DNA of 64,000 bases from Eledone cirrhosa (lineage: Eukaryota), in assembly GCA_964016885.1 (NCBI GenBank), contig OZ024743.1, forward strand, positions 353,834,001 through 353,898,000. Direction: 5' to 3'. The translations under genes were made by a program, and so were the position numbers. Below are positions 1 to 15,099 of the stretch, in pieces; positions within the stretch are counted from its first letter, which is position 1, and every line of letters starts with the position of its first letter. The notes under the pieces were generated by a model. The model was given only the letters and a program-made list of their open reading frames with translations, was not told where the DNA came from and ran no database searches.

Positions 1-80
<80 letters not shown>

Positions 81-152
81 CATTATGAAGAGAGAAGAAA
101 CATTTAGATATAATTAGTAATAAAATGTATCATACCTAAACTGCTCCTAAAT

Positions 153-242
153 TCCTCGACTACGTAGTTTCGTGGCATAAACAAAAACAATATATCATAA
201 AGACATAGAGTCCCTGCGAGGTCTGCCGACTTATCAAGAGGA
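153..242 (-). ncRNA. Decayed type I hammerhead ribozyme motif
   Basis: Minus strand: TCCTC-TTGATAA-GTCGGCA...TGCCAC-GAAA-CTACGTAG-TC-GAGGA. Stem I TCCTC/GAGGA, palindromic stem III ACTACGTAGT, GUC triplet; core has two substitutions from CTGATGA. Confidence 0.65.
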
Positions 243-999
243 TACCTCATTTTACTAGTCTCAAGAACGCGTCTACACGACGTGAGAAAGAATCCCAAAA
301 GGCGGATATATATATATACATGTACATATATATATATATATATATACGGATCCGTATGCATATATATGTATTTATATATCTACTAACATATATACACATA
401 CACATTCTCTCCCTCTCTCGTCTCATTCTCCCCCCCCTCTCTCTCTCAATATGTACACACATACATGCGTGGGTTTATGTGTGTGTTTACAGCTGATTGT
501 TTCTTTACTAATGATACAGTAAAATAGTAACATACTGGCGCTCATACATACACATATGAATAAATATATATTTTTTAGGGCTATACAGGGCATGGTCTCT
601 AAATGTTTTTACTCGATCGTATCGATTTCTGTAATTATTTCATCTTGATACTTATGATACTTATTTAATCTTTATTTGCTCAACCAGGCTTAGCTAGAGG
701 GCTAAACAGCAACAACTAATCGAGCCTGTATGTGTAAACCATCGACTCAATCTCTGACGATCATTCAAACTGCATCATCTAGCAGCCAAGTTTCCTTCAA
801 ATCACATAGACTACAGGTTAGAAATAGCAGTCAAATAATCAGAAATGACTGCAACATCAATAGTTCATCATCATCATCATCATCACCATCATCACCATCG
901 TCATAATCTGGCCGAGCTTGCTCGGACAATCATGAGCCTAGCACGCCGTCCATCCATCACGATCAAGCATAAGTGTTAGGAGGTCATTAAGGGGAGCGT

Positions 1000-1720
1000 T
1001 CTGCGTCTGTACATAGTTACATTGGCTCTAACTACTGTGGTGGGATGCGCGTGACCATCAATGAATGCTGAGGAGTAGCAGCTGTCAGGCTTTGACCAAA
1101 TCAATCTTGCTCACCTCTGCCATAGAACCTGTAAGACGAAAGAGAGAGGAGGTAGAAAATTGAAGAAGGAGCCGTGAGGCCTTGAGATGCACCGAAACGA
1201 AGAAGTGATTAGATGGATGCCGTGTGTGTGCGGGCATGCATTCAAAACGGTAAATTCAACAAAAGTGCAAAGTTGGAATTGAAAGATGCTAAAGCACAGA
1301 AGTAAGGAAGCCGAAACTGGAGAGTTCTGAGAAGTGTCAGAGACTGTTGAGGAAAAAGAAACAAGTATGTGATGCGTTCACGATACACGTGTCACGCGCG
1401 ATCACGAACAAAATGTCAAATCAAAAGTTCGTTCTCTCAATCCGGGAACATATCCCCCCCCCCCTCGGGAATCCTCCCCCGTTTAGTAGAGGATTGGCGC
1501 CAAACTAGGAGGCCCAAAGCTGTCGATAAAAGAGCCCTTCTTCAATACAGGATGTTGTGGTGCGACCTGAAAGAGATTTGACCGCCGCCTCCTGAGCTGG
1601 TCAATCAGCCTGTTAGTATATAGAAATAGACTGGATAGTGACGAGAATGTAATATGCCAAGATTATAACTGCATTCCATACTATTCATCATTGCACATCG
1701 GCTTATGAAGTAGAGGTTTC
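1000..1720 (-). mobile_element. Highly degraded non-LTR retrotransposon (CR1/Jockey-group) RT C-terminal relic
   Basis: Minus-strand remnants resembling MEYC..IW (near 1655-1682) and SLSLFYR.YG (near 1115-1150); many stops and frameshifts. Confidence 0.35.
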
Positions 1721-1829
1721 AACTAGACAAACTGATACATGGTATAACTGAGATGGATCGATGAGTAACACCTAATCGTTCCCAGGCCTAATGTGTGCGA
1801 TAGGACTGCATCATCAATGCTGTCATGGA

Positions 1830-2836
1830 ACCACCAATACCACTACATCTAACACCACTACACCACCACAACCACTAGCACCACCACCAGCACCACCACC
1901 ACTTCAACACCACCACCACTACCACGACGACAACAACGACGACGACCATCATCACCATCACAACCTCCAGCACAAGCACCACCACGACCAGCTGCAGCAG
2001 CAGCAACACCACCACCACCACCACCACCACCACCACGACCATCAACCACCAGCACCACAACCATCAACAACCAGCACCGCACCACCACCACTAGCACCAC
2101 ACCACCACCACCACCACCACCACAACCACTACCATCAACCACCACCACACCACCACCACCACCACCACAACCAGTACCATCAACCACCACCACCACCATC
2201 ACAACCACCACCACCACCACCACCACCACCACCACTACCACCACCACCAACAATCATCACCACCACCACCACCACCACCACCATCACCACCACCACCACC
2301 ACCACCACCATCAACCATCACCAATACCACCACCACCACCACCACCACCACCACCACCACCACCACCACCACCACCACCACCATCAACCATCACCACCAC
2401 CACCATCAACCATCACCATATCCACCATCACCACCACTACCACCACCACCACCACCACCACCACCACCATCAACCACCACCATCACCACCATCACCACCA
2501 CCACCACCACCACCACCACCACCACCACCACCACCACCACCATTATCCTCAACATCAACATTAAATTTAATCATTTCAATTCTTGACGCTTTTTCTAGCC
2601 AATGACTGCCGAGGATACATTCAAAAACGAGAAAAAAAGCTATTATCATCATAATCATCATAATTGTCATCATTAGTCATCACCATCATCATCATCGTCA
2701 TCATCAACATCATCATGACCATCATCATCATCATCACCACAATCCGCATCATCACCATCATCATCATCATCACCACAATCCGCATCAGCACCATCACCAT
2801 CATCACCATCATAATCATCATCATCATGATCATCAT

Positions 2837-2868
<32 letters not shown>

Positions 2869-2873
2869 TTATC

Positions 2874-2904
<31 letters not shown>

Positions 2905-3007
2905 ACATCTCACCCCCACCATCCTCTCCCTCCTCCTCCTCCTCACCATCATCACCATCATCACCATCATCATCACCATCATCATCACCACCATCATCAC
3001 CATCATT

Positions 3008-3044
<37 letters not shown>

Positions 3045-3195
3045 ACATCCCCCTCCTCCTCCTCCTCACCATCATCACCATCATCACCATCATCATCACC
3101 ATCATCATCACCACCATCATCACCATCATCATCATCATCACCATCATCATCACCATCATCATCATCATCATCATCATTATTATCATCGTCGTCGT
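1830..3195. repeat. Imperfect (CAC)n then (CAT)n trinucleotide arrays
   Basis: Direct inspection; source of the poly-H/T/P/D/I ORFs. Confidence 0.95.
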
Positions 3196-3429
3196 TGTTA
3201 TTTCTGTTTGAAAGCCTAGAGGGCAGAAAGAGAAATAAAAACCGTATCACAAATTAGATATTCATGTTTTGGGCAGGTCTGTGGCCCTCACTGGATTAAA
3301 GTGAATTATTTATACACCCAGTCTTGTTACACGTTACTTCCAATATATACCCGTCGCCTACGTCATCTATCAATTTATTTTGTCTGAGGAAATCATATGT
3401 AAATTGTAACGGCATTTCTCTGAAGCGTG

Positions 3430-5400
3430 CTTGAGTGTGAGTGTATATATGTGTGTATGTATGTATGTATGTATGTATGTATGTATGTATGTATGAATGT
3501 ATGTATGTATGTATGTATGTATGTATGTATGTATGTATGTATGTATGTATGTGAGTGTGTATGTATGTATGTATGTGAGTGTGTATGTATGTATGTATGT
3601 ATGTATGTATGTGAGTGTGTATGTAGGTGTGTGTGTATGTGTATATGTATGTGAGTGTGTATGTATGTATGTATGTATGTATGTATGTATGTATGTATGT
3701 ATGTATGTATGTATGTATATGAGTGTGTATGTAGGTGTGTGTGTATGTATGTGAGTGTGTATGTAGGTGTGTGTGTATGTGTGTATGTATGTGTGTGTGT
3801 ATGTATGTATGTATGTATGTATGTGAGTGTGTATGTATGTGTGTATGTATGTGTGTATGTGTGTATGTATGTATGTGTGTGTGTATGTGTGTATGTATGT
3901 ATGTATGTATGTATGTATGTGAGTGTGTATGTAGGTGTGTGTGTATGTGAGTGTGTATGTAGGTGTGTGTGTATGTGTGTATGTATGTGAGTGTGTATGT
4001 ATGTATGTATGTATGTATGTATGCATGTATGTGTGTATGTATGTGTGTATGTATGTGTGTATGTGTGTATGTATGTATGTGTGTATGTGTGTATGTATGT
4101 GTGTATGTATGTATGTATGTATGTATGTGTGTGTGTGTGTATGTATGTGTGTGTGTATGTGTGTGTGTATGTGAGTATGTATGTGTGTATGTATGTATGT
4201 ATGTGTGTATGTATGTGAGTATGTATGTATGTATGTATGTATGTATGTATGTATGTATGTGAGTGTGTATGTATGTGTGTATGTATTCATGTATGTATGT
4301 ATGTGTGTGTATGTATGTATGTATGTATGTATGTATGTATGTATGTATGTATGTATGTGTGTGTGTGTATGTATGTATGTATGTATGTATGTATGTGAGT
4401 GTGTATGTATGTGTGTATGTATGTATGTGAGTGTGTGTATGTGTGTATGTATGTATGTGTGTGTGTATGTATGTATGTATGTATGTATGTATGTGAGTGT
4501 TTATGTATGTGTGTGTGTATGTGAGTGTGTATGTATGTGTGTATGTATGTATGTGTGTGTGTATGTATGTATGTATGTATGTGTATGTGAGTGTGTATGT
4601 ATGTATGTATGTATGTATGTGAGTGTGTATGTGAGTGTGAATGTATGTATGTATGTATGTATGTATGTGTGTGTATGTATGTATGTATGTATGTATGTAT
4701 GTATGTATGTATGTATGTATGTATGTGTATGTGTGTGTATGTATGTATGTATGTATGTATGTGAGTGTGTATGTATGTGTGTATGTATGTATGTGAGTGT
4801 GTATGTATGTGTGTATGTATGTGTGTGTGTATGTGAGTGTGTATGTATGTGTGTGTGTATGTGTATGTGTATGTGTGTATGTATGTATGTGTGTGTATGT
4901 GTGTATGTATGTATGTATGTGTGTGTGTATGTGTGTGTGTATGTGTGTATGTGTGTATGTATGTATGTGTGTGTATGTGTGTATATATGTATGTGTGTGT
5001 GTATGTGTGTATGTATGTATGTATGTATGTATGTATGTATGTATGTATGTATGTGAGTGTGTATGTATGTATGTATGTTTGCGTGCATGTATGTATGTAT
5101 GCATGTTTGTATATATGTATGTGTGTGTGTGTATGTATGACTTATGTGTTAATGTATGTATGCTTGTATGTATGTATGCCTATTTGTATGTACGTATGTA
5201 TGTATGTATGTATGTATGTATGTATGTATGTATGTTTGTATGTATGTATGTATGTATGTATGTATGTATGTATGTATGTATGTATCTATGTATGTATGTA
5301 TGTATGTATGTATGTATCTATGTATGTATATACGTATGATTCTATGTTTGTATATATGTATATACGTATGTATGCATGTATGTATATATGTATATATATA
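3430..5400. repeat. About 2-kb compound (TATG)n/(TG)n microsatellite
   Basis: Direct inspection, with recurring GTGAGTGT interruptions. Confidence 0.95.
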
Positions 5401-5489
5401 GAGTCTGGCGAAACCTCACGGCGCCCGGGTCGGGATTTTACCTATCTCTATTACATATACACGCACACACACACACACACACACGCACG

Positions 5490-5553
<64 letters not shown>

Positions 5554-7076
5554 CATAGCGAACAACTTTTGTTTCAAACATCTTTTTAATATGTGAACAG
5601 GCAGACATACACCCCCCTCCCACAATAACACATACACATACACACACACATACACACGCGCGCGCGCACGCACTCAAACACACACAAAGTCGCGCACACA
5701 TACCCATCTATATACAAATATATATATACACAGATACATATACATTGCATACGAATGTACATATATTCTTTTTTTAGCGGCTTATTTAAGTAATATCTTT
5801 CCAGAATTCACAATGCTCGCTTGCAAAGAGACAAGACTTTTTGGTTAAAATCAAGACAGTTCCAGGGATTTGTGAACTTGTGAGTGAGTTAATGCGTGTG
5901 TATATGTAGGTTCATATGTATATATACACTCAAGTAATGCGTGTACGGACCACTCTATGTATGTATGTACGTATGTATGTGTGTACGCATGCATATGTAT
6001 GTATCATGTATGCATATATGTAGTAGACATATATCTATCTACACATATATATATATATGTACGTATGCATGCATGAATTCATGTATGTATGTATGTATGT
6101 ATGTGAGGATGTATGTGAGGATGTATGTACAGTATATATATATATATATATCTGCCTCTCTGTCTATGTGTATAGGTGTATATATATGTCTGTCTGTTTG
6201 TATGTATGTATGTATATATGTATGTATATAAAATATATATATGTGTGCGTAAATAAATGTTCCTGTCAAATCTTATATTCATAAAACCGCATCACATTCC
6301 ATATGGACATTCTTTTACAAAAAATACGATCTTCTACAAGAGCACAGCACCCACCAGTACCTCCATCTTCACATATACTGTGCCGTCGTCATACCTTCAT
6401 CAATCCAACACTATCAGCTTCCATATCACCACCAACATCACTACCATACTAACACTCCGTCAGTACCACAATCTCAATCTACCGCTGATAGCATCACTTA
6501 AAGCCTCTTCGTTACAATCCTTGCAGCCGCCATCTTTGTCAAATATCACTATATATCTTCCACTTTAAGCACCAGCGCCACAACTATTACTGCACATAAC
6601 CCCACCACTTTCATCATTCCTTTAATCTCAAACACTACAGTAGCGTCTCAGATATGTATTATATTGAGTTGGAAAACCTCCATTAAGTGATATTAACATT
6701 GCATTTAGTAGACACAAATTTCCTCTAGGCTATTTAAAATACAGAAAAACAATCTAGTGATATAGCCTAGTTAATACCATTTCATTCAAATTTTTGAAAG
6801 ATAAAGCTATTGCAGTTAGGAGTGGATCTTAGTTTTAAAACCAACTGCACATGTTTCTGTCTTATTAAACCTTCTCAGTTCGCAAGTTTACCAGAGTGCA
6901 TGGTTTGATTTCTACAAGCCTTTTTGTCCAATGTTTTCCGTTACCAAGTGTACTTTTCCCGAATTATGCAACTAGCATTTATGGTTATCTGAATTATAGC
7001 AGTTTCCGAAAGAAGTTAACATATTTTCACACACATACACACGCGCGTGCATTTATGCATCTGTATCTGTGTGTGC

Positions 7077-7116
<40 letters not shown>

Positions 7117-7117
<1 letters not shown>

Positions 7118-7515
7118 TTCACCCAGGTGAGCACTCAGACGGATCATCAGCTCGGTTTAAATGAGATAATACGGAAAAGGAAAACGATTACACAAATAGA
7201 CATTCGCAGAAGATATTCTCAAAGGGCAGCCAACTCACGTTAGATCGATGGTGTGGGGAGGGGGATGGGGGAGCTAACTGCGAAAGATCAGAATGCAATA
7301 GATTATTCATGACATTCGGTCTAGTGGTGTTACGCCCGATAGTCAGTGTGCGGCTTTAAAATTACGTAATAGATGTTTCGAAACGTGGGGATAACGTGTG
7401 TAGAACTCGGATCTTGTATTTAGACAAGCGCTATAACGCAACTCCTCAGGATATTGATTCTTTCTTCAATGCGCAGCCCAGAAGACGTATTCCCATTTCC
7501 GTATGGCTTAGACTT
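7117..7515 (-). mobile_element. PLE 3' fragment: C-terminal end of endonuclease plus 3' region with HHR-like core
   Basis: Minus translation KSKPYGNGNTSSGLRIEERINIL, then after a frameshift CLNTRSEFYTRYPHVSKHLLRN. CTGATGA-TCC...GGGT-GAAC at 7156-7117 abuts (TA)n. Confidence 0.6.
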
Positions 7516-7642
7516 GGTTCAATCGGGGATAACCATAGTAAGTACGGTACTCAACACATTAGTAGAGTATAAACATCATGTTTAATATAGAAATGGCTTC
7601 TACAGGCTTCTACTGTTTCATTCTAACGAAATCAGGAGAGCC
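7516..7642 (-). mobile_element. Diverged copy of HHR cassette family A (HHR at 7595-7642)
   Basis: Minus: GGCTCTCCTGA-TTTC-GTTA-GAAT-GAAA-CAG-TAGAAGC-CTG-TA-GAAGCC...TTGAGTACCGTACTTACTATGGTTA; aligns to 19567-19699 and 56181-56312; core damaged. Confidence 0.7.
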
Positions 7643-8165
7643 GACTGTTCTTGTAAAATGGTTGTATTTATATGTTTTCTGGTGGTTGGGGAAGGTGGTG
7701 ATTTTGGGGTATGGTAGAGGTAATTAGCTAAGGGATTTTAAAGAAAAGAGATTCTTTGAAAAAACTATTTTTAGAAATATATATACAATAATACAATGAC
7801 ACACATAAAAGACAAGGTTCACATTCACACACAAATACCCTATCCCCACACATGCACATACACACGAACGCCCACCTCTTTTCAAGGTTCATTTATTCTA
7901 AGTAAACAAAAAGGCTTCATTGAGTGTCTGAACTGTCAGGCTCTGGCCAAAGAATTTTTGGTATCAATGGGTTATTGACATCTGTCAAGTAAATTAGTGG
8001 TGAGGGTGGTGGAATGTGCAACAATAGCCATCTCTCTATCCCTCTCTCTCTCCCCTCCCTCTCTTTTTATACACACACACACACATATATATACGCATAT
8101 ATACATATACACATATACACATATATACATACACACATATATACACACACACACACTCTCTCTCT

Positions 8166-8199
<34 letters not shown>

Positions 8200-8699
8200 C
8201 ACACACATACACATATTGCTAATTGTTTTAATGTTTGAACATCATGATTTGAAGTTTCATATTCGAAGATAATATCCGAATATTCATCACGCAAGCAAAC
8301 ATCACCCACTCAAAGTGATTATCAATATAATTAATTAACTGTTTTACAACGGTAATTTAAATTATCGGTCTTGTATCTCGGTAATGATTTATAGTAAAGA
8401 ACATAACTCGTTGATTGCGTTGAAAAGAATACCCGGAGTATCCGGCCCATTGCAGTTTGGGAACGTCTTTGGACGGTCAAAGTTACTCTTTTAGTTCATT
8501 GTGCGTTGCTGGCAATACTACATCCACCAGATGTGTTCGGCAAGGTAATCCACTCACTCCGTGTGGCCACTCACTTGCGTTGGCCATTGAAAACATTGCG
8601 AACTCAATCTGCTCGCCGCTCAACGTCTAGTATCTGCACGACGCTGCAATAGATGGCTCGTTTGAGTCCATCGTTGGCGGCCCTCTGAACATCAACGCT

Positions 8700-9760
8700 G
8701 CCATATCGTTCTTCGGACTCGGGATTATCTCGACCAAATCTCAGGTAATATATGTGAGTTACAATGACATTGACTCTGATGACACCATACGGAGCACTCG
8801 GTCCTTTCTAACAGGTGTGACAAGCACCAAATGAGAATGTCTATATTCATGGCTCTTCAATTCCCTCCAGAATCATACTAGAGTGCCAGCAAGCCAAACT
8901 AGTTGATCTGATAGATTGCGTCTTATGGACTCCCATCCCACGTTCTTTTGCCCGAAGAACTGCTTCACTCTTCCCAAACATTTTTTTCACTGCACAGTGC
9001 TCTATATCATTTCCATGTTGGTTACATCGGCGAACACAATGTCACCATTCACCTTTTCGCAGTACTCACCAGTATTGACATAAGCACGCAACCCCCCCCC
9101 CCCTCCTGAAAAATTCGGTGGGCTCAGCCTCCGCTCAACATTTGCCTGGCACTGCCAGTCAATCTTTTCTTTTCTCTAACGTCTCCAGTCATCCCTGACC
9201 CACGACGTTCTTGCAATACATCGGAACTTAACTTGGACAGGAGTTCCTAGTCAACTTTGTCCATGTGAGTTGACGATCGCCTCATTGTCTCCAGTATGAT
9301 ACCAATGTGGCCGGGACGACAACAAATGCAGTTCAACCTGGATGAGGATCGAGTCTTCCCTTGATCAATCTGCTTTCAATTTCCTGAGTAGCCGAACAGC
9401 GGCGCATAGTCCTAAACAGTACTCTGTTTATCAACTGTTAAATATCTTGATAATGAGTACATCTGCATCGGAGTAGCACTGCACTTTGGCCTCCGTGTAT
9501 CTGGACCACATAAATAACGATGTATAGCCACTGTTGACAGATCTTTGCTACATTCGTTCTCTTGTAAAGGTCGCTATCTTTGGTATGCTGTCATAAACAA
9601 CAACATTAAGAGATGTCACGATATGGTCACTTTACGATCACAACTGGAATCTATCAGTCTCGATCGCAGCCTCGGTAAACACCCTGATAGGATAACTGTT
9701 TTATCGTTTAAGCCTGTCATATAGGACACCATATGCGACAGCACTTCTGGTACAAACTTC
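8700..9760 (-). mobile_element. Possible degraded Ty3/Gypsy gag-like relic
   Basis: Minus strand at 8994-9038 reads C-V-R-R-C-N-Q-H-G-N-D-I-E-H-C, a decayed CX2CX4HX4C knuckle; the region is higher in GC and complexity than its flanks; no intact ORF. Confidence 0.3.
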
Positions 9761-10324
9761 ATTACTTCGACCGCAAAACAGAGTGGCGCTACCTGCGATG
9801 GAAGAGGAACGGAAGATGACTAAATATCAGGAATTTCTTTTTTGAGCCGGTCATCAGCGAGATTTCCGCTGTCCCCAAACCCCGTCGAGAGACGGGTGAG
9901 TTTGGTGATCTTGTGTAAAGGAAATTTGTTAGGAGCTAGCTCACGTCAGCTGACACTATTTTACTGGCGGTAGAACTGGCAGAGACGAAAAACCAATGTC
10001 TGTGGGTCAGTACTGTTTAAAGAATTTCGTTTTATCTGTGTCTTTATTCTTCTTCTCTATCCAGCAGTGCACTGGTATACAAAACATTACCAAGAATGAT
10101 TGCCATACTAATTCGTTTTGAAATCTATGAAGTAGAGTCTCTTTTGCTTGTTGCTTCACCTATATTTACTTCAATTGCGTTGATAAATATCTTCGTAGAA
10201 CAGAAGTCTCCACCACCACTGGTTCAAATATACATATATCTAGCAGCGATGCGTACTTACGTCGTTCGCGAGGTGTCTGACGTTCTACCGATTTTGCCAA
10301 TCCACCACAAATGATAATGGAGTT

Positions 10325-10487
10325 TGGGGCCACATGGGTCACATATGTGGTGTCTGAGGGCCACACACGACAACTAATTGTGCACATTACAACTAATTTT
10401 ACGAAGATAAAACTTGCTCACGCTGTAAAAACCTTTGTGCGGTCCGCAGGTGTGCTTGTAAAGGGCCGCATGTGTCACATGCCTGCT
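10325..10487. mobile_element. Possible hAT-type MITE remnant
   Basis: Repeated GGGCCACA/GGGCCGCA subterminal-type motifs and an end reading CATGCCTG; left TIR not found. Confidence 0.3.
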
Positions 10488-10520
10488 ATAGAGAATGTTT
10501 GAATAAGTTATAATAATGAT

Positions 10521-10708
10521 AATTGTTTCTGCTTTAGGCACAAGGCCAGCAATTACCCAGTGAATTACTGGTACTTTATTTTTATCGACCCCGTAAGGAT
10601 GAAAGGCAAAGTCAACTTCGGCGGGATTTGAACTCAGATCGTAAAGGGACGTAACTATGCTGGAAAGCATGGCGTCCGACCCTCTACCGATACTGCCAAT
10701 CCACCACC
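10521..10708 (-). mobile_element. tRNA-derived SINE, full length
   Basis: A box TGGCAGTATCGG, B box GAGTTCAAATCC, core GCCTTTCATCCTTACGGGGTCGATAAA; 22-bp TSD AATAAGTTATAATAATGATAAT (10502-10523, 10709-10730). Confidence 0.9.
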
Positions 10709-10899
10709 AATAAGTTATAATAATGATAATGGTAGATGCTATGACGCCGATGGTCGCAGCTGATAATCTTTATAGAGACTGTTATAATGTTGGTGGTGGC
10801 GCTGAATGTGTTAGTTGATAATATTTATAGAAATAGTTATATTAGTAATGTTAGTGGTGGTATTTATGGCAACTGTTGATAATTTTTGTTAATAACGAT

Positions 10900-11083
10900 A
10901 ATTGTTTCTACGTTAGGCACAAGGCCAGCAATTACCCAGTGCATTACTGGTACTTTATTTTATCGACCCCGTAAGGATGAAAGGCAAAGTTAATCTTGGC
11001 GGGATTTGAACTCAGAATGGCAAGGGCCGTAACTCTATACGTCAAAGCATGGCGTCCGACCCTCTACCAATACTGCCAATCCA
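10900..11083 (-). mobile_element. tRNA-derived SINE (same family)
   Basis: Highly similar to 10521-10708; flanking direct repeat TAATAACGATAAT. Confidence 0.9.
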
Positions 11084-11349
11084 ACCTGTAATAACGATAA
11101 TGTTAGTGGTGGTATTGGTGGTGGTATTTGATAATGTTTCTAGAGACATATAATGTTAGCTGTGGTATTAATGGTGACAATTGATAATGTTTATAGAGAA
11201 TGCAATAATGACGATGGCTATTGTTGTGGTGGTAGTAGCGGATAAAGTGGTTTTAGTACGAGAATTAGTCGTAAAATTGGTGGCGTTTGCTGTGTGGGCT
11301 AAATGGTTATTGGTAACATTGTTTGTTTAAGTCTATTTGTATGATTCTC

Positions 11350-11724
11350 TGCAATGGTGATTCTAGTGGTGTTGGTTGGTACGGTGGTGGTTTTAATGGT
11401 GGAGTTTAAGATGGTGGTGGTTTTGATGGTGGTGGTTGTGATGGTGGTGGTTGTGATGGTGGTGGTTGTGATGGTGGTGGTTTTGATGGTGGTTTTAATG
11501 GTGGAGATTGAGATGGTGGTGATTTTGATGGTGGTGGTTGAGATAATTGTGGATGTGATGGTGGATTTAATGGTGAAGATTGAGATGTTGGTGGCTGTGA
11601 TGGTGGTGGTTGTGATGGCGGTGGTTTTGATAGTGGTGGTTGTGATGGTAGTGAGTGTGATGATGGTGGTAGTGCTGAGAATTGGTCATGCCGGTATTGC
11701 TGTTGATGGATCAGATAGTAGTAG

Positions 11725-11792
<68 letters not shown>

Positions 11793-12910
11793 TTATTTAG
11801 ATAGTTAAGAGATAAAACAGTAGATGCTGGATTGTGGATGGTGGATGGTGGATGTTTAGCTGGTGATGGTGGTACTGGTGATGGCGATGATGATGATGGT
11901 GATGATGGTGATGATGATAATAATGATGATAATGATAACGATGAGGAGGATGTTGACGATGATGATGATGATGATGATGATGATGATAATGGTAGTGATG
12001 GGGGATAATGGTTGGTTGGTGATGATGATCATGATGATCATGATGGTGGTGGTGATGATGATAACGATGCTGCTGCTGCTGCTGGTGGTGGTGGTGGTGA
12101 CGATAATGGTGAGGATGATCATGATGATGGTTATTGTATTGGTAGCGATAATGGTAGTGATGGTATTAGTGATGCTGACGATGATGCTGATGTGGTAGCT
12201 GTGTGTTGGTGGTCTTAGTGGTGGTGGTGTTAGTGGTTGTGGTGGTGTTGGTAGTTGTGGTGGTCTTAGTGATGGTGGTGGTATTAGTGGTGTTGGTAGT
12301 GGTGGGGTGTTAGTGGTTGTGGTCTTAGTGGTGGTGGTGTTGGTAGTGGTGGTGTTGGTAGTGGTGGTGGTAGAGATGGTAGTTGTGGTGGTTGTGGTAG
12401 TTGTGGTGGTAGTGAATGGTATGGTGGTGAAGATGGTGATCGTAGTGGTGGTGTTAGTGTTGCTGTTGGTATGGATGGTGGTGGTATTGGTGGTGGTCGT
12501 GGTGGTGGTGGTGGTGGTGGTGGTGGTGGTGGTGGTGGTAGCGGTGGTGGAGGTAGTGGTGGTGGTAGAGAGGGTAGTTGTCGTGGGTGTGGTAGTTGTG
12601 GTGGTAGTGAATGGTAGTGGTGGTGAAGATGGTGAATGGTAGTGGTGGTGGTAGTGGTGGTAGTGGTGGTAGTGTTGCTGTTGGTATTGCTGGTGGTGGT
12701 AGTGGTGGTGGTGGTGGTGGTGGTGGTGGTAGTGGTGGTGGAGGTAGTGGTGGTGCTGGTAGAGATGGTAGTTGTGGTGGTTGTGGTAGTTGTGGTGGTA
12801 GTGAATGGTAGTGGTGGCGGTAGTGGTGGCAGTGGTGTTAGTGTTGCTGTTGGTATTGGTGGTGGTGGTAGTACTGGTGTTGCTGGTGGTGGTAGTAGTG
12901 GCGGCAGTGG
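11350..12910. repeat. Degenerate (GGT/GAT/AGT)n low-complexity array
   Basis: Direct inspection. Confidence 0.9.
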
Positions 12911-13144
12911 CAGTGTCTATAACGAGGAGGGTGACGGGTTGACGAAAATTAATCAACCAAATGACTAGCTCTAATTGATAAGCTTCAGTAAAACTGACAA
13001 GCTGATCCTAGCATGTCAAAGCAATGTGTCTTTAAACAATGTTTATTGACAGAATTATAGCAACAACACAGATCTAAATAAAACCATTTCTACACACCCA
13101 CACAATTAGTTTCTTACTTCAGACTCTCCTTACACTTTTATACT

Positions 13145-14140
<996 letters not shown>

Positions 14141-14151
14141 ATATTATGTAT

Positions 14152-14258
14152 ATCCCGCCGAGGTTGACTTTGCCTTTCATCCTTACGGGGTCGATAAAAT
14201 AAAGTACCAGTAATGCACTGGTTAATTGCTGGCCTTGTGCCTAAAGTAGAAACAATTA
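14152..14258 (+). mobile_element. 5'-truncated SINE copy
   Basis: ATCCCGCCGAGGTTGACTTTGCCTTTCATCC...AAAGTAGAAACAATT matches the family 3' half. Confidence 0.9.
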
Positions 14259-14837
14259 TGTATTTGTGTGTGTGTGTGCGCGCGCATGTGTGGGCGCTTG
14301 TGTGTGATATTGAACGACTTTACTATAACATCATTTGAAGTGATCAATACACATTTCTGTGAAATGGGTTAGTATTTGTAGATATATGTGGTTATAACAA
14401 TTATTCACTACAACGATTACATAGACTGAGGCATAACCCAACACATGTATGTGTGTCCGTACGAGCATGCATGTTTACACTCTATAAACATAACAGTTGA
14501 AGCCTCTCTTTCCTCTATCTCTCAAACATGAACATACCCTTCGCATCATGTGAAATACATACACTCACATAAACATCGTCATTAACTAGTATTGATGTTA
14601 TGCATAGTGAAAAAGGGAACAGAAAAAGAAAAGCAACAGATATCAAGATAGAATATGGTACAAACTGAGGATATAAAATTAACCCTTAGCAAAAGTGAGA
14701 AATAAATATACAACGTTTCTGGCTATGCTCTTCATCAGCGAATTAAGAAAGAGTAAAGAAGAGACATAGAAAAACATCGAAAGGAGGAAAGAGAAATGAA
14801 GCACGTGTGAAAATATGAATTGTATATATATATATAT

Positions 14838-15032
14838 ATAGGAACGAGTAGGACCCCGACGGCTGAGCTCAAGCCGTTTCGACGGCTAATTCTGGACTCC
14901 AGAATTAGCCGTCGAAACGGCTTGAGCTCAGCCGTCGGGGTCCTACTCGTTCCTATTACCCACTCTACTACCCTAAGTATTGAGTACTTTGGTGCGTTAT
15001 GGTCCACCTGGTTCCTTACCACATTTCCTCCG

Positions 15033-15033
<1 letters not shown>
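14838..15033 (+). mobile_element. PLE-type terminal cassette with perfect 119-bp palindrome (14838-14956) built on the 3' half of an HHR
   Basis: 59-bp perfect arms centred on C14897; right arm has GAAA-CGGCT-TGAGCTC-AGCCG-TC-GGGGTCC; (TA)n on both sides. Confidence 0.75.

Positions 15034-15089
<56 letters not shown>

Positions 15090-15099
<10 letters not shown>

Noticed and set aside
1791-5589. His/Pro/Thr-rich and YVCM/HTYI ORFs
   Set aside because: Microsatellite translations; the same applies to the many YI/HT/CV ORFs throughout the window.
14706-14745. Minus-strand CTGATGA-AGAGCATAGCCA-GAAACGTT
   Set aside because: Core present but stems I and II barely pair; probably a decayed HHR, not counted.
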